From: a virus
Virus record (IMG/VR): IMGVR_UViG_3300045988_145890
Length of the DNA: 48,744 nt
Strand: one strand, 5' to 3'
Position 1 is the stretch's first letter. The number at the start of each line of letters is the position of its first letter. Of this stretch, positions 26,835 through 35,402 are shown piece by piece. The position numbers and the translations under genes were made by a program. The notes under the pieces are model-generated. The model was not told the DNA's origin and searched no databases. It worked only from the letters and a program-made list of their open reading frames with translations.

Positions 26835-28193
26835 ATGGCAGAAACAAGTGGATTTTTTAATGCTGAGATGGTTGAAGGCGATGGCTCGACAACATACGAT
26901 AGAATATACTATGCAGATCAATTTGCTTATTATTTTAGCAAGTTCATTTCAAACGGTGTTTACATCAATCCTGCCACACAATTAAAAGTAACATCAAAAG
27001 GTGAATTGAAGTTAAATGTGGCGGTTGGCGATGCATTCATAAACGGTTATTGGTATAAGAATGATGAGAACTTTGAATTGCAACTTGCACAAGCAAATGG
27101 TTCTTTGCCGAGGATTGATAGAGTTGTATTACGATGGGACTCATTGACAAGATATATCAATCTTGCAATATTACAAGGGAATCCGGCAGCTACACCAAGT
27201 GCAAAGAACCTTACGAGAAATGCTGATACGTGGGAACTTGGTCTTGCAGACGTATACATTGAAAGAGGTGTTTTGTCTATTTCGGATGCAAATATAACAG
27301 ACCTTAGACCAGATAGAACTTATTGTGGATATGTTGCAGGAGTTGTAAATCAAATTGATACAACGAATCTTTTTGCACAGTTTACAGATGCATTTGAACA
27401 ATATTATGAAAAGCAAGTAACGGCTTCAGATAAGTTTAGTTCTTATCTTGCAAAGAAATATAATGATTATGCAGTTCTTGCAGAAACTAACTTTGGAAAG
27501 TGGATGACAGATACAAAGGGTGATTTTGATACATGGTACGAAACTATTCAAGCAATGCTTAGTGATGAGGAAGCAGTTAAACTTGCAAATCAGATTTCAG
27601 AGTTAAAAAAGCAGTTTCAATTGCTTGCATTAAGAGGGTTAAAAACAGATCTGTTTGAATTGGCATCAAATGATGGTTCTGTATTTACCGAAAATGCACA
27701 GAATGCATACGTATTCTTGAAGCAGATATATGGCAAGTCTGAGTTAGTGAATGATGCATTTATTAGTGTTGGCGAATCTGGTACACTTGAATTTGACTCA
27801 GTTGATGCAACGAATGAGAATGTAAGCAGTGCTAAGTTAACAACAGGAATGCCTCTGAGAGGATTTATTATTGACGATGTCTCTGTTGCAAATTATACTG
27901 ATGCAAATGGTAAATATTGGTTGTGTGATAGCATAGAACTTTCTGTAGATGGTTATTGGTATTGCATTAAAAGAGTTGGCAGTATTTTGTCATATAACTC
28001 TGAGAGCGTAGGAAGTATTTATAAAACACCAACAGGAACTTTAGACAAAGGAAAACAGGTGCTTTATAAGTTAAGTGATTACGTTGTTTCGAAACTTACC
28101 GATGAAGAACAAAGTCAATTGTCTGAATTGCTTTCTTATGGAGGAGGTAAGCTACCAGTTACAACAGGAAGTAATGCAGCAGAAGCTATTTAA
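26835..28193 (+). CDS. tail fibre / receptor-binding protein (putative)
   Basis: ATG 26835 follows GGTGGTGA. The N-terminal SGFFNAE...YDRIYYADQFAYYFSKFISNGVY motif is seen in Gram-positive phage fibre proteins. Confidence 0.5.
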   Translation: MAETSGFFNAEMVEGDGSTTYDRIYYADQFAYYFSKFISNGVYINPATQLKVTSKGELKLNVAVGDAFINGYWYKNDENFELQLAQANGSLPRIDRVVLRWDSLTRYINLAILQGNPAATPSAKNLTRNADTWELGLADVYIERGVLSISDANITDLRPDRTYCGYVAGVVNQIDTTNLFAQFTDAFEQYYEKQVTASDKFSSYLAKKYNDYAVLAETNFGKWMTDTKGDFDTWYETIQAMLSDEEAVKLANQISELKKQFQLLALRGLKTDLFELASNDGSVFTENAQNAYVFLKQIYGKSELVNDAFISVGESGTLEFDSVDATNENVSSAKLTTGMPLRGFIIDDVSVANYTDANGKYWLCDSIELSVDGYWYCIKRVGSILSYNSESVGSIYKTPTGTLDKGKQVLYKLSDYVVSKLTDEEQSQLSELLSYGGGKLPVTTGSNAAEAI

Positions 28194-28856
28194 TTGCATG
28201 TAGAACAAAATGTTACAGATGAAAATGGTGTTCATAACATAAGATTCAGAAATGGTTCATTGCAATATAAAGAAGGAAGTGAATGGAAAGATGCAAATTA
28301 TACTGATGCAAATTTTACAGTAGACTCTAAGATGTCTGACACAAGTGCCAACCCAGTTCAAAATAAGGTAATCAAGAAATATGTTGATGAGCATGCTCCA
28401 AGCATCACAGTAGACTCAGCGATGTCCGATTCTAGTGCCAACCCAGTTCAAAATAAGGTAGTAAAAGCATATGTAGACGCTAAGAAAGTGCCGACGATTG
28501 GCATCGAAAACATATTTATTGGAAACCCGTTTTGTATAGTCAACAATGGTTCCGATGTAATAAGTGTACAAACCGATTGGGATATAGACAATGGCGGCTA
28601 TAGGGTCAAAAACATAAAGTATCCTGCAGGAACGACTACTAATCTTACGGTCTCATTATCGTTACCTGTTAATAGCATTGTTATTGTTGATGTAAATACA
28701 CTTAATGGAGAGAATATTGATATACAAGGATCACTCATTAGAAGTAACTTTACAAGTAGCCCAAAAAATTGGAATTTATCAATTAAATTCACTGGGAGTA
28801 CAAGTCAGACATTATCTGATATTAGATATATGCCGTTAGTTATCCACTTAGGTTAA
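28194..28856 (+). CDS. tail fibre distal segment; same frame as the upstream ORF, separated only by TAA
   Basis: Opens with TTG right after the stop at 28191-28193. No RBS. Contains two roughly 30-aa repeats, S(A/M)MSD(T/S)SANPVQNKV. Confidence 0.45.
   Translation: MHVEQNVTDENGVHNIRFRNGSLQYKEGSEWKDANYTDANFTVDSKMSDTSANPVQNKVIKKYVDEHAPSITVDSAMSDSSANPVQNKVVKAYVDAKKVPTIGIENIFIGNPFCIVNNGSDVISVQTDWDIDNGGYRVKNIKYPAGTTTNLTVSLSLPVNSIVIVDVNTLNGENIDIQGSLIRSNFTSSPKNWNLSIKFTGSTSQTLSDIRYMPLVIHLG
28321..28500 (+). repeat. tandem 90-bp coding repeat, 2 copies
   Basis: 28321-28410 versus 28411-28500. Identical 27-nt core AGTGCCAACCCAGTTCAAAATAAGGTA at 28344 and 28434. Confidence 0.85.
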
Positions 28857-28875
28857 AGAAAGGAAGATAATAAAA

Positions 28876-29256
28876 ATGGATAAAGTCATCTTAACTGATA
28901 AGACAGAATTTGAGGTTCTCGAGAACTCTAGTCTTAGCAACATCAAAATCAACGTCAAAAGCACTGGAGATATCAAGCAGGTAGTTCATGCGTTCCAAGA
29001 CGAGAACTTAAAGTCTGTAACGTTTACCCATGAGGGAAAGACAACTGCCGAATATTCTGATATGAAATATGATACATGCTTCTGTGCTCCTCATACTGGA
29101 ACTGATGGGACTGAGGACGGTACATACGATGTATCTATCTCAATCAGATCAAAAACAGAAATTGAGAAGGCTATTGAGGAACTGAAAGCAGAGTATGAGT
29201 TAAACGCTGGAGCAATTCAGGATCTTGCAGATATGGTAGCAGGAGGTGGTGAATGA
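28876..29256 (+). CDS. hypothetical protein
   Basis: 126 aa. AGGAAG RBS. Confidence 0.55.
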   Translation: MDKVILTDKTEFEVLENSSLSNIKINVKSTGDIKQVVHAFQDENLKSVTFTHEGKTTAEYSDMKYDTCFCAPHTGTDGTEDGTYDVSISIRSKTEIEKAIEELKAEYELNAGAIQDLADMVAGGGE

Positions 29257-29378
29257 TGGAAACTTTTAGTAGATTGATTAAGTTTTACGTGCATAGAATT
29301 ACTGTAGATAAAAAACTTAAACTTGGTGATGTACCGGAAAAGTGGAGAGATGAAGTCAAAAAAGAAATTGAAAAATAA
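29253..29378 (+). CDS. small 41-aa protein
   Basis: ATGATG overlaps the upstream TGA. MMETFSRLIKFYVHRITVDKKLKLGDVPEKWRDEVKKEIEK. Confidence 0.45.
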   Translation: MMETFSRLIKFYVHRITVDKKLKLGDVPEKWRDEVKKEIEK

Positions 29379-29381
29379 TTG

Positions 29382-29411
29382 TTGTACAAAATAAGCAAAA
29401 TATGTTATAAT
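29382..29411 (+). promoter_or_regulatory. possible promoter
   Basis: TTGTAC (29382-29387), 18-nt spacer, TATAAT (29406-29411). Confidence 0.4.
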
Positions 29412-29439
29412 TGCAGATATAAAAAAGGTGGTGATATAA

Positions 29440-30267
29440 ATGACAGTTGATGTTGTAACTGATAGATTTCAGACAACTAAAGTTTCTCAGAAAATAGTCG
29501 GTTCTGAACCTAAAGCAGATTTTAATGCCTTGTTTAAAAGTGAAGGATACAAATTTGCAGAGCAAATTTATAAAATGTTAAAGAATAGTGATATTGATAA
29601 CAAGGCATTTCAAAAACAAGTAAATGATTTACTTAAACAATATTCAGATAAGATCGACGCAAATACGTCAAAGATTGCAGCAGATTCTAGCAGAATAGGG
29701 AAAGCTGAAAATGATATTCAGCTAACTAATCTTATAGTTCAATGTTTGCAAGATGATTTCTCAGGTTTACAAAATACTGTTAATTATAATGGTCAGAATA
29801 TTGGTTCTCTTATAAATGACGTATCTTCACTGAAAAGTCAAACGTCTTCGTTATCTGATAAATATACGGCTCTTAGTTACGCAATTGATAACGAAGCATT
29901 TCAATTGTCAGGTTTAGGTTCTGAAGGCGGAAATGATCCAGACTTACAAGGAATGAGCAGAGGCTTAACATTGAGACTTGCCAATAGTGTATATTTGATA
30001 GGTGCATCTTTTAGACCTTCAGGGAACGTATACCTTTCTAGTGCTAGAGAAGTATTACGGATAACAGGATTGTCTTCTATAGGTTTTAATGATGCATTTG
30101 TAAATAGTGGATCACTTTCTGTTGCTGGAAGTTCAACAGTTGTAGTTGTAGACGGTGAACTGGATGGAGATGCTGTAAGCATTAAAGTTAAAGCACCAAC
30201 GGGGCAGATTTTGTTACCAGCATATGAAGAAATACATCTTCCAATTATGCAAATAATTTTGATATAA
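29440..30267 (+). CDS. coiled-coil protein of unknown function
   Basis: 275 aa. GGTGGTGA RBS. Heptad-like middle and a beta-rich C-terminus. Confidence 0.55.
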   Translation: MTVDVVTDRFQTTKVSQKIVGSEPKADFNALFKSEGYKFAEQIYKMLKNSDIDNKAFQKQVNDLLKQYSDKIDANTSKIAADSSRIGKAENDIQLTNLIVQCLQDDFSGLQNTVNYNGQNIGSLINDVSSLKSQTSSLSDKYTALSYAIDNEAFQLSGLGSEGGNDPDLQGMSRGLTLRLANSVYLIGASFRPSGNVYLSSAREVLRITGLSSIGFNDAFVNSGSLSVAGSSTVVVVDGELDGDAVSIKVKAPTGQILLPAYEEIHLPIMQIILI

Positions 30268-30286
30268 GTAGACTGGTGGTGAGTAT

Positions 30287-30565
30287 ATGAACCCTATTTC
30301 TATAATTACATGTTGCGTAGGAATAATCGGTTGTGTAATTGGTGTTGCAACATTCGTATCGGCACAATTGTCAAAAGCAAAACAAGATGGTGCTTTAATG
30401 GAAAAAGTTGATTATCTTGTAAGAGGATTTGACGAACAAAAGAAGGATCAAAAGCAACGCAATGACCATCAAGATGATATTATTTCAGAACATGCAATTG
30501 CAATTGAGAACTTACAAACGAGAATGAAGAATGTAGAAAAGGTGGTGTTTAACAAACATGAGTGA
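30287..30565 (+). CDS. membrane protein (N-terminal TM plus coiled coil)
   Basis: 92 aa. ISIITCCVGIIGCVIGVATFV followed by a charged helix. Confidence 0.55.
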   Translation: MNPISIITCCVGIIGCVIGVATFVSAQLSKAKQDGALMEKVDYLVRGFDEQKKDQKQRNDHQDDIISEHAIAIENLQTRMKNVEKVVFNKHE

Positions 30566-30725
30566 TGAACAGTTAGAAAGAGAGAATGAGAGATTGTCAG
30601 CTTTAAATTCAATTCTTCTTGATACTGCTAAGAGTCAAGAAAAATTGATTAAACAATTTAGGAAAATGCTTTTGGTTGTTGTGGTTTGCTTTGCTTTGCT
30701 TGTATTATATGCTGCACGACAATAG
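30558..30725 (+). CDS. XhlA-like architecture (coiled coil plus C-terminal TM); reading frame broken after a (TTTGC)3 repeat
   Basis: 55 aa ending at TAG 30723. The -1 frame continues to 30865 and encodes IGFFWYESQFETTTTTTTTT... Confidence 0.5.
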   Translation: MSDEQLERENERLSALNSILLDTAKSQEKLIKQFRKMLLVVVVCFALLVLYAARQ

Positions 30726-30879
30726 GTTTCTTTTGGTACGAAAGCCAATTTGAAACTACGACGACAACGACTACAACTACAGATATGAATACAAGCGGTG
30801 AGAATGCAAATATTAACAATGTTACCGATGGTGATATGTATAATGATGATGCAGCAAATGTATAAGTAAATTATTAAGG

Positions 30880-30907
30880 GACGGTTGGAATATACCGTCA
30901 TTTTTAT
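30880..30907 (+). terminator. rho-independent terminator at the end of the late operon
   Basis: Stem GACGGT/ACCGTC, 8-nt loop, then ATTTTTAT. Confidence 0.7.
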
Positions 30908-31043
30908 ATTGTTGTAAAGTCATAGAATGACTCAGGAATGATTTTAATTTATCAGATGGTAAAATTATCATCCAATCATTAAGATGTCAATATGGGTCAA
31001 ATATAGGCTTAAAAAAACTTTTTAATAAATTTGCAATTTCATA

Positions 31044-31071
31044 TTTACTTTTTCAAATGATGTGTTATAAT
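31044..31071 (+). promoter_or_regulatory. sigma70-like promoter (family member)
   Basis: TTTACT (31044-31049), 16-nt spacer, TGtTATAAT (TATAAT 31066-31071). Confidence 0.6.
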
Positions 31072-31114
31072 AGAATTAACAAATAAATCAGTAAACACCT
31101 AGGAGGGAAACAAA

Positions 31115-31405
31115 ATGAAGGAAAGAATTTTATCAGAGTTAAAGAAAAGAATTGAAAAGGATTACAACAAAGGACCATTATTTAGAATGGGTTACATCAA
31201 TCTCCAAATGAAAAAATTCGTAATGGATATGCAGGATGAAGATGGCGAGGAAGAGTTTAATGGAGATTGCTTACAAATTAGTTATTTAGTTCTTACAAAT
31301 AAATTTGGATTGATTGCAGAATTTGCAAAGCCTGAATTTGATAAGGTATTCAAATTTGATAGCTTAGAAGAAGTTGCACAGTTCTTAGTTGAAACATATT
31401 GCTAA
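31115..31405 (+). CDS. hypothetical protein
   Basis: 96 aa. AGGAGG RBS. Confidence 0.6.
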   Translation: MKERILSELKKRIEKDYNKGPLFRMGYINLQMKKFVMDMQDEDGEEEFNGDCLQISYLVLTNKFGLIAEFAKPEFDKVFKFDSLEEVAQFLVETYC

Positions 31406-31423
31406 TAAAAAATGGCCGGTGAA
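31403..31423 (+). promoter_or_regulatory. GC-rich hairpin with TGAAATT loop
   Basis: TGGCCGG-TGAAATT-CCGGCCA, flanked by A-rich runs and with no 3' T-tract. A twin lies at 45465. Confidence 0.5.
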
Positions 31424-31470
31424 ATTCCGGCCAATAAAAATAAAAACAAATATCTAGGAGGAAGTAAAAA

Positions 31471-31755
31471 ATGGAAATTATTTGTAAGTCATTAAATGGA
31501 GTGAAATTTATCTGTTTAAGATCACCAAAAGGAAAAATCTTTAGCAAGTTAAAGGTTGAGACAAAAATTGATTGGAATGAACTACTTAAAAATAAGTGTT
31601 ATGAAGTATGGTCTCATACTGGTAAGAATCCAGAAAGAATAATTATGAATCAGTCAGCATATTCAGAATTTAAAGTTGAAAAGGTATCTGAGGTAAGTTT
31701 AAGAAAAAAGCAGTCTGGATTGTTTTATGAATCAATTCCGGTTGTTGTAAAATAA
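31471..31755 (+). CDS. hypothetical protein
   Basis: 94 aa. AGGAGG RBS. Confidence 0.6.
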   Translation: MEIICKSLNGVKFICLRSPKGKIFSKLKVETKIDWNELLKNKCYEVWSHTGKNPERIIMNQSAYSEFKVEKVSEVSLRKKQSGLFYESIPVVVK

Positions 31756-31779
31756 TTTGAAAAAATTTTCAAAAACCTA

Positions 31780-31808
31780 TTTACAAATCAAATTTTATGG
31801 TATATAAT
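31780..31808 (+). promoter_or_regulatory. sigma70-like promoter (family member)
   Basis: TTTACA (31780-31785), 17-nt spacer, TATAAT (31803-31808). The 25-nt segment 31764-31788 is identical to 48637-48661. Confidence 0.65.
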
Positions 31809-31856
31809 AAATACATAATCAAACAATAAATAATTCTTAGAAAAGAGATAGTAAAA

Positions 31857-32012
31857 ATGAAAAAAGCTCAGGAGTTTTTAAAAAGCACTTTTGAAGGACA
31901 TGAAATAAATATGTATGATTTTGACGATGCAATTTATGTTGAAGATGTAACTACTGGTAAATCTTATACATATATGATTAAAACTGGCAAACTTATATCA
32001 CATACAAATTAA
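31857..32012 (+). CDS. hypothetical 51-aa protein
   Basis: First ATG after the promoter. Below the track cutoff. Confidence 0.45.
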   Translation: MKKAQEFLKSTFEGHEINMYDFDDAIYVEDVTTGKSYTYMIKTGKLISHTN

Positions 32013-32099
32013 AAATGTTAAAATCATTGCACTGTCGTGAGATAGAGCAAAAAAAAAAGATAAATGGATAAATGTTAAGATTAAAGGAGGAAGTCAAGA

Positions 32100-32576
32100 A
32101 TGACAAGAAATGAGTTAGAAAACATGACAAAAGAAAATGTAGCAAAGGTTGCAAAGGATTTTGGTGTAAAGCGTTACAAAGGAAAGTCAATGCTTTCAAA
32201 GAAAGAGTTAATTGATGGTATTTGTAAAGTAATGGAATCAAATGATGATGTAGCCGATGCAAAGAAAGCAATTAGTGAAGCGGGTGAGCAAGAAAAGAAA
32301 GTTGAAATTGATCGTGATACAAAAGACGAGAGGATTATTTCTGCTCCAATTGGTACATTGATTGCTTTTTATGAACCGGAAACAAACAAGTTAAACACTG
32401 CAAAGCTTACAAACCGCAATAAAGTCAAGAGATTGATCAAATGTGAGACTCAATATGGTAAAGAGTTCTTAATTCCATTTGAAAATATTAGATGGGTTAA
32501 GACAGGTTCGAGATGGCCAAAAGGAATCTATAATGAGTTGAAAGGAAAGAAAGCTGATGCAGGTAAAGAAAAGTAG
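32100..32576 (+). CDS. HeH (Rho_N-like) motif protein
   Basis: 158 aa. N-terminal NVAKVAKDFGVKRYKGKSMLSKKELIDGI. AGGAGG RBS. Confidence 0.55.
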   Translation: MTRNELENMTKENVAKVAKDFGVKRYKGKSMLSKKELIDGICKVMESNDDVADAKKAISEAGEQEKKVEIDRDTKDERIISAPIGTLIAFYEPETNKLNTAKLTNRNKVKRLIKCETQYGKEFLIPFENIRWVKTGSRWPKGIYNELKGKKADAGKEK

Positions 32577-33087
32577 TACAAATGACAAGAAAGTTTTTTC
32601 TGAGATTCTCGATTTGTATCGTTTAGAGCAGAAGTTCAAATTTGCAAAGCAAGAATATGACAATCAGAAAAAGAAGCTTTCGTTAGGTATTCGTAACTAT
32701 ATGTTTTCCAAGGACTACTCGCAATTAGATTTCAAAAGCAGAGAATTCGGTAAAGTGCATGTTTCAAATATAATTCGTAAATCAATTGTTTGGGATGTTG
32801 AAAAGCTTAAGAAAAAGTTAGATAAGGATTTAACAGACCAGTTCATTGAAAAGAAGTACATTGTGAATAATATGCAAGGTCTTATTAAACTTTTAAAAGA
32901 AGCTGGTGTAAAACCAAAGGAATTCAAAAAGTTTATTACTGTCGAGGAAAAAGTTAATCAGCAGAAAATGAATGAGCTTTCTGAGATTGGTGAGATTGAT
33001 AAGGAAGATATTGGCGGATGCTATGAATTGAAAGAAGCAGAGGGTTACTTAAAGATCAATGTGAAAGAGCTGGAGAATGAAGAATGA
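32557..33087 (+). CDS. hypothetical protein
   Basis: 176 aa. Overlaps both neighbouring genes. Confidence 0.5.
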   Translation: MQVKKSSTNDKKVFSEILDLYRLEQKFKFAKQEYDNQKKKLSLGIRNYMFSKDYSQLDFKSREFGKVHVSNIIRKSIVWDVEKLKKKLDKDLTDQFIEKKYIVNNMQGLIKLLKEAGVKPKEFKKFITVEEKVNQQKMNELSEIGEIDKEDIGGCYELKEAEGYLKINVKELENEE

Positions 33088-34069
33088 AAAAAATGAATTG
33101 GCAAAAGTTCTTTGGTTCTATGGTCTTATAGGCAATGTAGATGCTGAGGAACAAAAAATTATCTGTCCTTTTCATGAAGATGCTAATCCAAGTATGATTG
33201 TAAATCTAAAGCAAGGAAGCTACTATTGCTTTGGTTGTCATGAATCTGGTGATGCGTTAAAGTTTGTGCAAAAGATGGAAAAAATGAGAAGTAAGTCAAA
33301 TGATTTGCAAGGATGTAAAAAGTTTTTTCAGATTCTTAAATCGGATGAATGTAGTAGAATACGAATTCAAAGAGTTGAGAAAGTAAAAAAAACATCAAAG
33401 CAAATGTATGCAGAAGCATATGACTATTTTCATGGTTTGTCTAAGGTAAATTGGAGAAAGAAAAGTGATTTAGACGAAGTAAATGAAGTAAGGTCTTATA
33501 TGGTGAAAAGAGGATTTACTACAAGTACATTAAATAAGATTGATGCAAGAGTTACTTTTAGCAAGAATTATGAGTTGATTTTTCCAATGTTAGATAATGG
33601 CAAATTTAAAGGTTGGGTTTGCAGAACGAATATTCCAGAAGTTGAACAAAAAAGAAAGTATCTATATAATAAAGGCTTTAGAAGAAAGACTTCTTTAATA
33701 GGTAATTATGGAGATAATGAAGTTTTATTCATAGTAGAAGGATTTATGGATAGACTTAAATTCATTCAGTTTGGTGTGAATAATGTAGTAGCAATCTTAG
33801 GTTGGAAAGCTTCATTACATCAAATTGAAAAGATAAAAAGCAAAAAGAATATTAAGTATATTGTATCAGCTTTGGATAATGACAAATGCGGAATAAAAGG
33901 AAGTAAATATTTAGAAAGTATATTCAAAGAAAAATATGTTAGGTTTGCATATCTAAAAGGGGTTAAAGATCCGGGTGAAATGTCAAAAGAGACATTCGAT
34001 AAAATGTATAGAAAGACAATGAACAAAATAGACATGAAATGCATGGACAAGAAGAAAGATGGTAAGTAG
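33077..34069 (+). CDS. dnaG: DNA primase (DnaG-type: CHC2 zinc finger plus Toprim)
   Basis: CPFHEDANPSM...YYCFGCHESGDALKF. Toprim motifs FIVEGFMD and SALDNDKCG. Confidence 0.85.
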   Translation: MKNEKNELAKVLWFYGLIGNVDAEEQKIICPFHEDANPSMIVNLKQGSYYCFGCHESGDALKFVQKMEKMRSKSNDLQGCKKFFQILKSDECSRIRIQRVEKVKKTSKQMYAEAYDYFHGLSKVNWRKKSDLDEVNEVRSYMVKRGFTTSTLNKIDARVTFSKNYELIFPMLDNGKFKGWVCRTNIPEVEQKRKYLYNKGFRRKTSLIGNYGDNEVLFIVEGFMDRLKFIQFGVNNVVAILGWKASLHQIEKIKSKKNIKYIVSALDNDKCGIKGSKYLESIFKEKYVRFAYLKGVKDPGEMSKETFDKMYRKTMNKIDMKCMDKKKDGK

Positions 34070-34210
34070 ATGAAACCGAGAGTATGATCGTGCGGGTACA
34101 TATGGTGGGAAAGGTGCTTAGCAGGATGGAGAGGTCAAATGGTAAGGTATATCTCAAATATCTAGTTAAAGTCAACTTGCATATATGTAGAAAAAGAAAG
34201 GAATAAAACA

Positions 34211-35020
34211 ATGGGATTATTAGATAGAATGAAGCATGAAGCAGCAAAGTCCGGAGCAAGTAAAGGAAAGTTTATGTACTTTAGACCTGACGACAAAAAG
34301 CGAATTAGATTCTTGCAGGAATTGGATGATGGTTTAGAAATTCCATTTCATGACAATTTTGAAAGAGGAATAAATGTTCCATGTCAGGAAGTGTTCGGTA
34401 AAGATTGTCCATATTGTGAAGATGAAGATCTTAGAACAAGAAGCCAGTTTGCATTTTCTGTTTACGATTATGATGCAAAGGAAGTCAAGATTCTTATGCA
34501 GGCAGTAAATCAGTGTTCAGCAATTCCTGCACTTGTAAATATGGCAGAAACATATGGGACAATTACAGATCGTGATTATGTATTGAAGAAGACAGGTAAA
34601 GGTTCGACTTCAAGCTTTACAATTATCCCGATGGATAAGAACAAATTTAGAAATGAAAAAGCAAAACCGCTTTCCAAGAAAGCTTTGTTAAAGTATTTGA
34701 ATCAGGCTTTTCCTTGTGATGATTCTGAGGATGATTTAGAGGACGATGAAGATGATTACGAAGACAGTCATAAGAAACCTAATACAAAAAAGAAAAAGGC
34801 TTCTGAGGATGACTGGGATGATGAGGACAGTAAATCTGATTATTCAGATATGTCAGCACGTGAGCTTTACGATCTTTGCTGTGATCGTGACATCGAGTGC
34901 CAGAAGAAACGCCCGGCAAAATATTATATCAATTTGTTAAAAGAGGATGATGCAGTCCATGATGATTGGGACGATGAGGAAGATTCTGATGAAGATGAAT
35001 GGGAGGATGACGATGAATAA
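34211..35020 (+). CDS. putative ssDNA-binding protein (gp32-like) with acidic tail and HeH motif
   Basis: 269 aa. Cys cluster PCQEVFGKDCPYC. HeH-like motif SARELYDLCCDRDIECQKKRPAKYYINLL. Ends in DE-rich tracts. Confidence 0.4.
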   Translation: MGLLDRMKHEAAKSGASKGKFMYFRPDDKKRIRFLQELDDGLEIPFHDNFERGINVPCQEVFGKDCPYCEDEDLRTRSQFAFSVYDYDAKEVKILMQAVNQCSAIPALVNMAETYGTITDRDYVLKKTGKGSTSSFTIIPMDKNKFRNEKAKPLSKKALLKYLNQAFPCDDSEDDLEDDEDDYEDSHKKPNTKKKKASEDDWDDEDSKSDYSDMSARELYDLCCDRDIECQKKRPAKYYINLLKEDDAVHDDWDDEEDSDEDEWEDDDE

Positions 35021-35366
35021 ATCATTTACAGATTTTTTTAATGATCAGGTCACTTTTCAAAAAGAAGTCAATGAAAGATTTGGATATGGTGTAAGTGTAG
35101 AAAACATTCCAGAGGATAATGTTGAGATTGCAAAATACCATATGCTTGCGTTGATGGAAGAGACGGGTGAATTGGTAAAATCTGATAAGCGTTGGAAGAA
35201 TTATCGTAATACTCATTTCGATAAAAATAACAAGTTGGAAGAGCTTTCTGATTGCTTCATTACATTATTTAACGTTGCAATGTACAGCGGTATCTCAGCC
35301 GAAGAGATTGAATTAGCATTAACTAAAAAAATGGATGAGAACATGAAACGAATAAGGGAGGCCTAG
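35013..35366 (+). CDS. MazG-like all-alpha NTP pyrophosphohydrolase
   Basis: ATG 35013 follows GGGAGGA. Motifs LMEETGELVKS (EExxE) and EELSDCFITLFNVA. Confidence 0.6.
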   Translation: MNKSFTDFFNDQVTFQKEVNERFGYGVSVENIPEDNVEIAKYHMLALMEETGELVKSDKRWKNYRNTHFDKNNKLEELSDCFITLFNVAMYSGISAEEIELALTKKMDENMKRIREA

Positions 35367-35402
35367 TGCTTCCCTTTGCTATTATAAGGAGAATAAAAAA
35401 AA

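Noticed and set aside
28321-28500. Diversity-generating retroelement (template/variable repeat pair) in the fibre gene
   Set aside because: There is no reverse transcriptase anywhere in the window. Both copies are in-frame coding repeats. Their differences are not adenine-specific.
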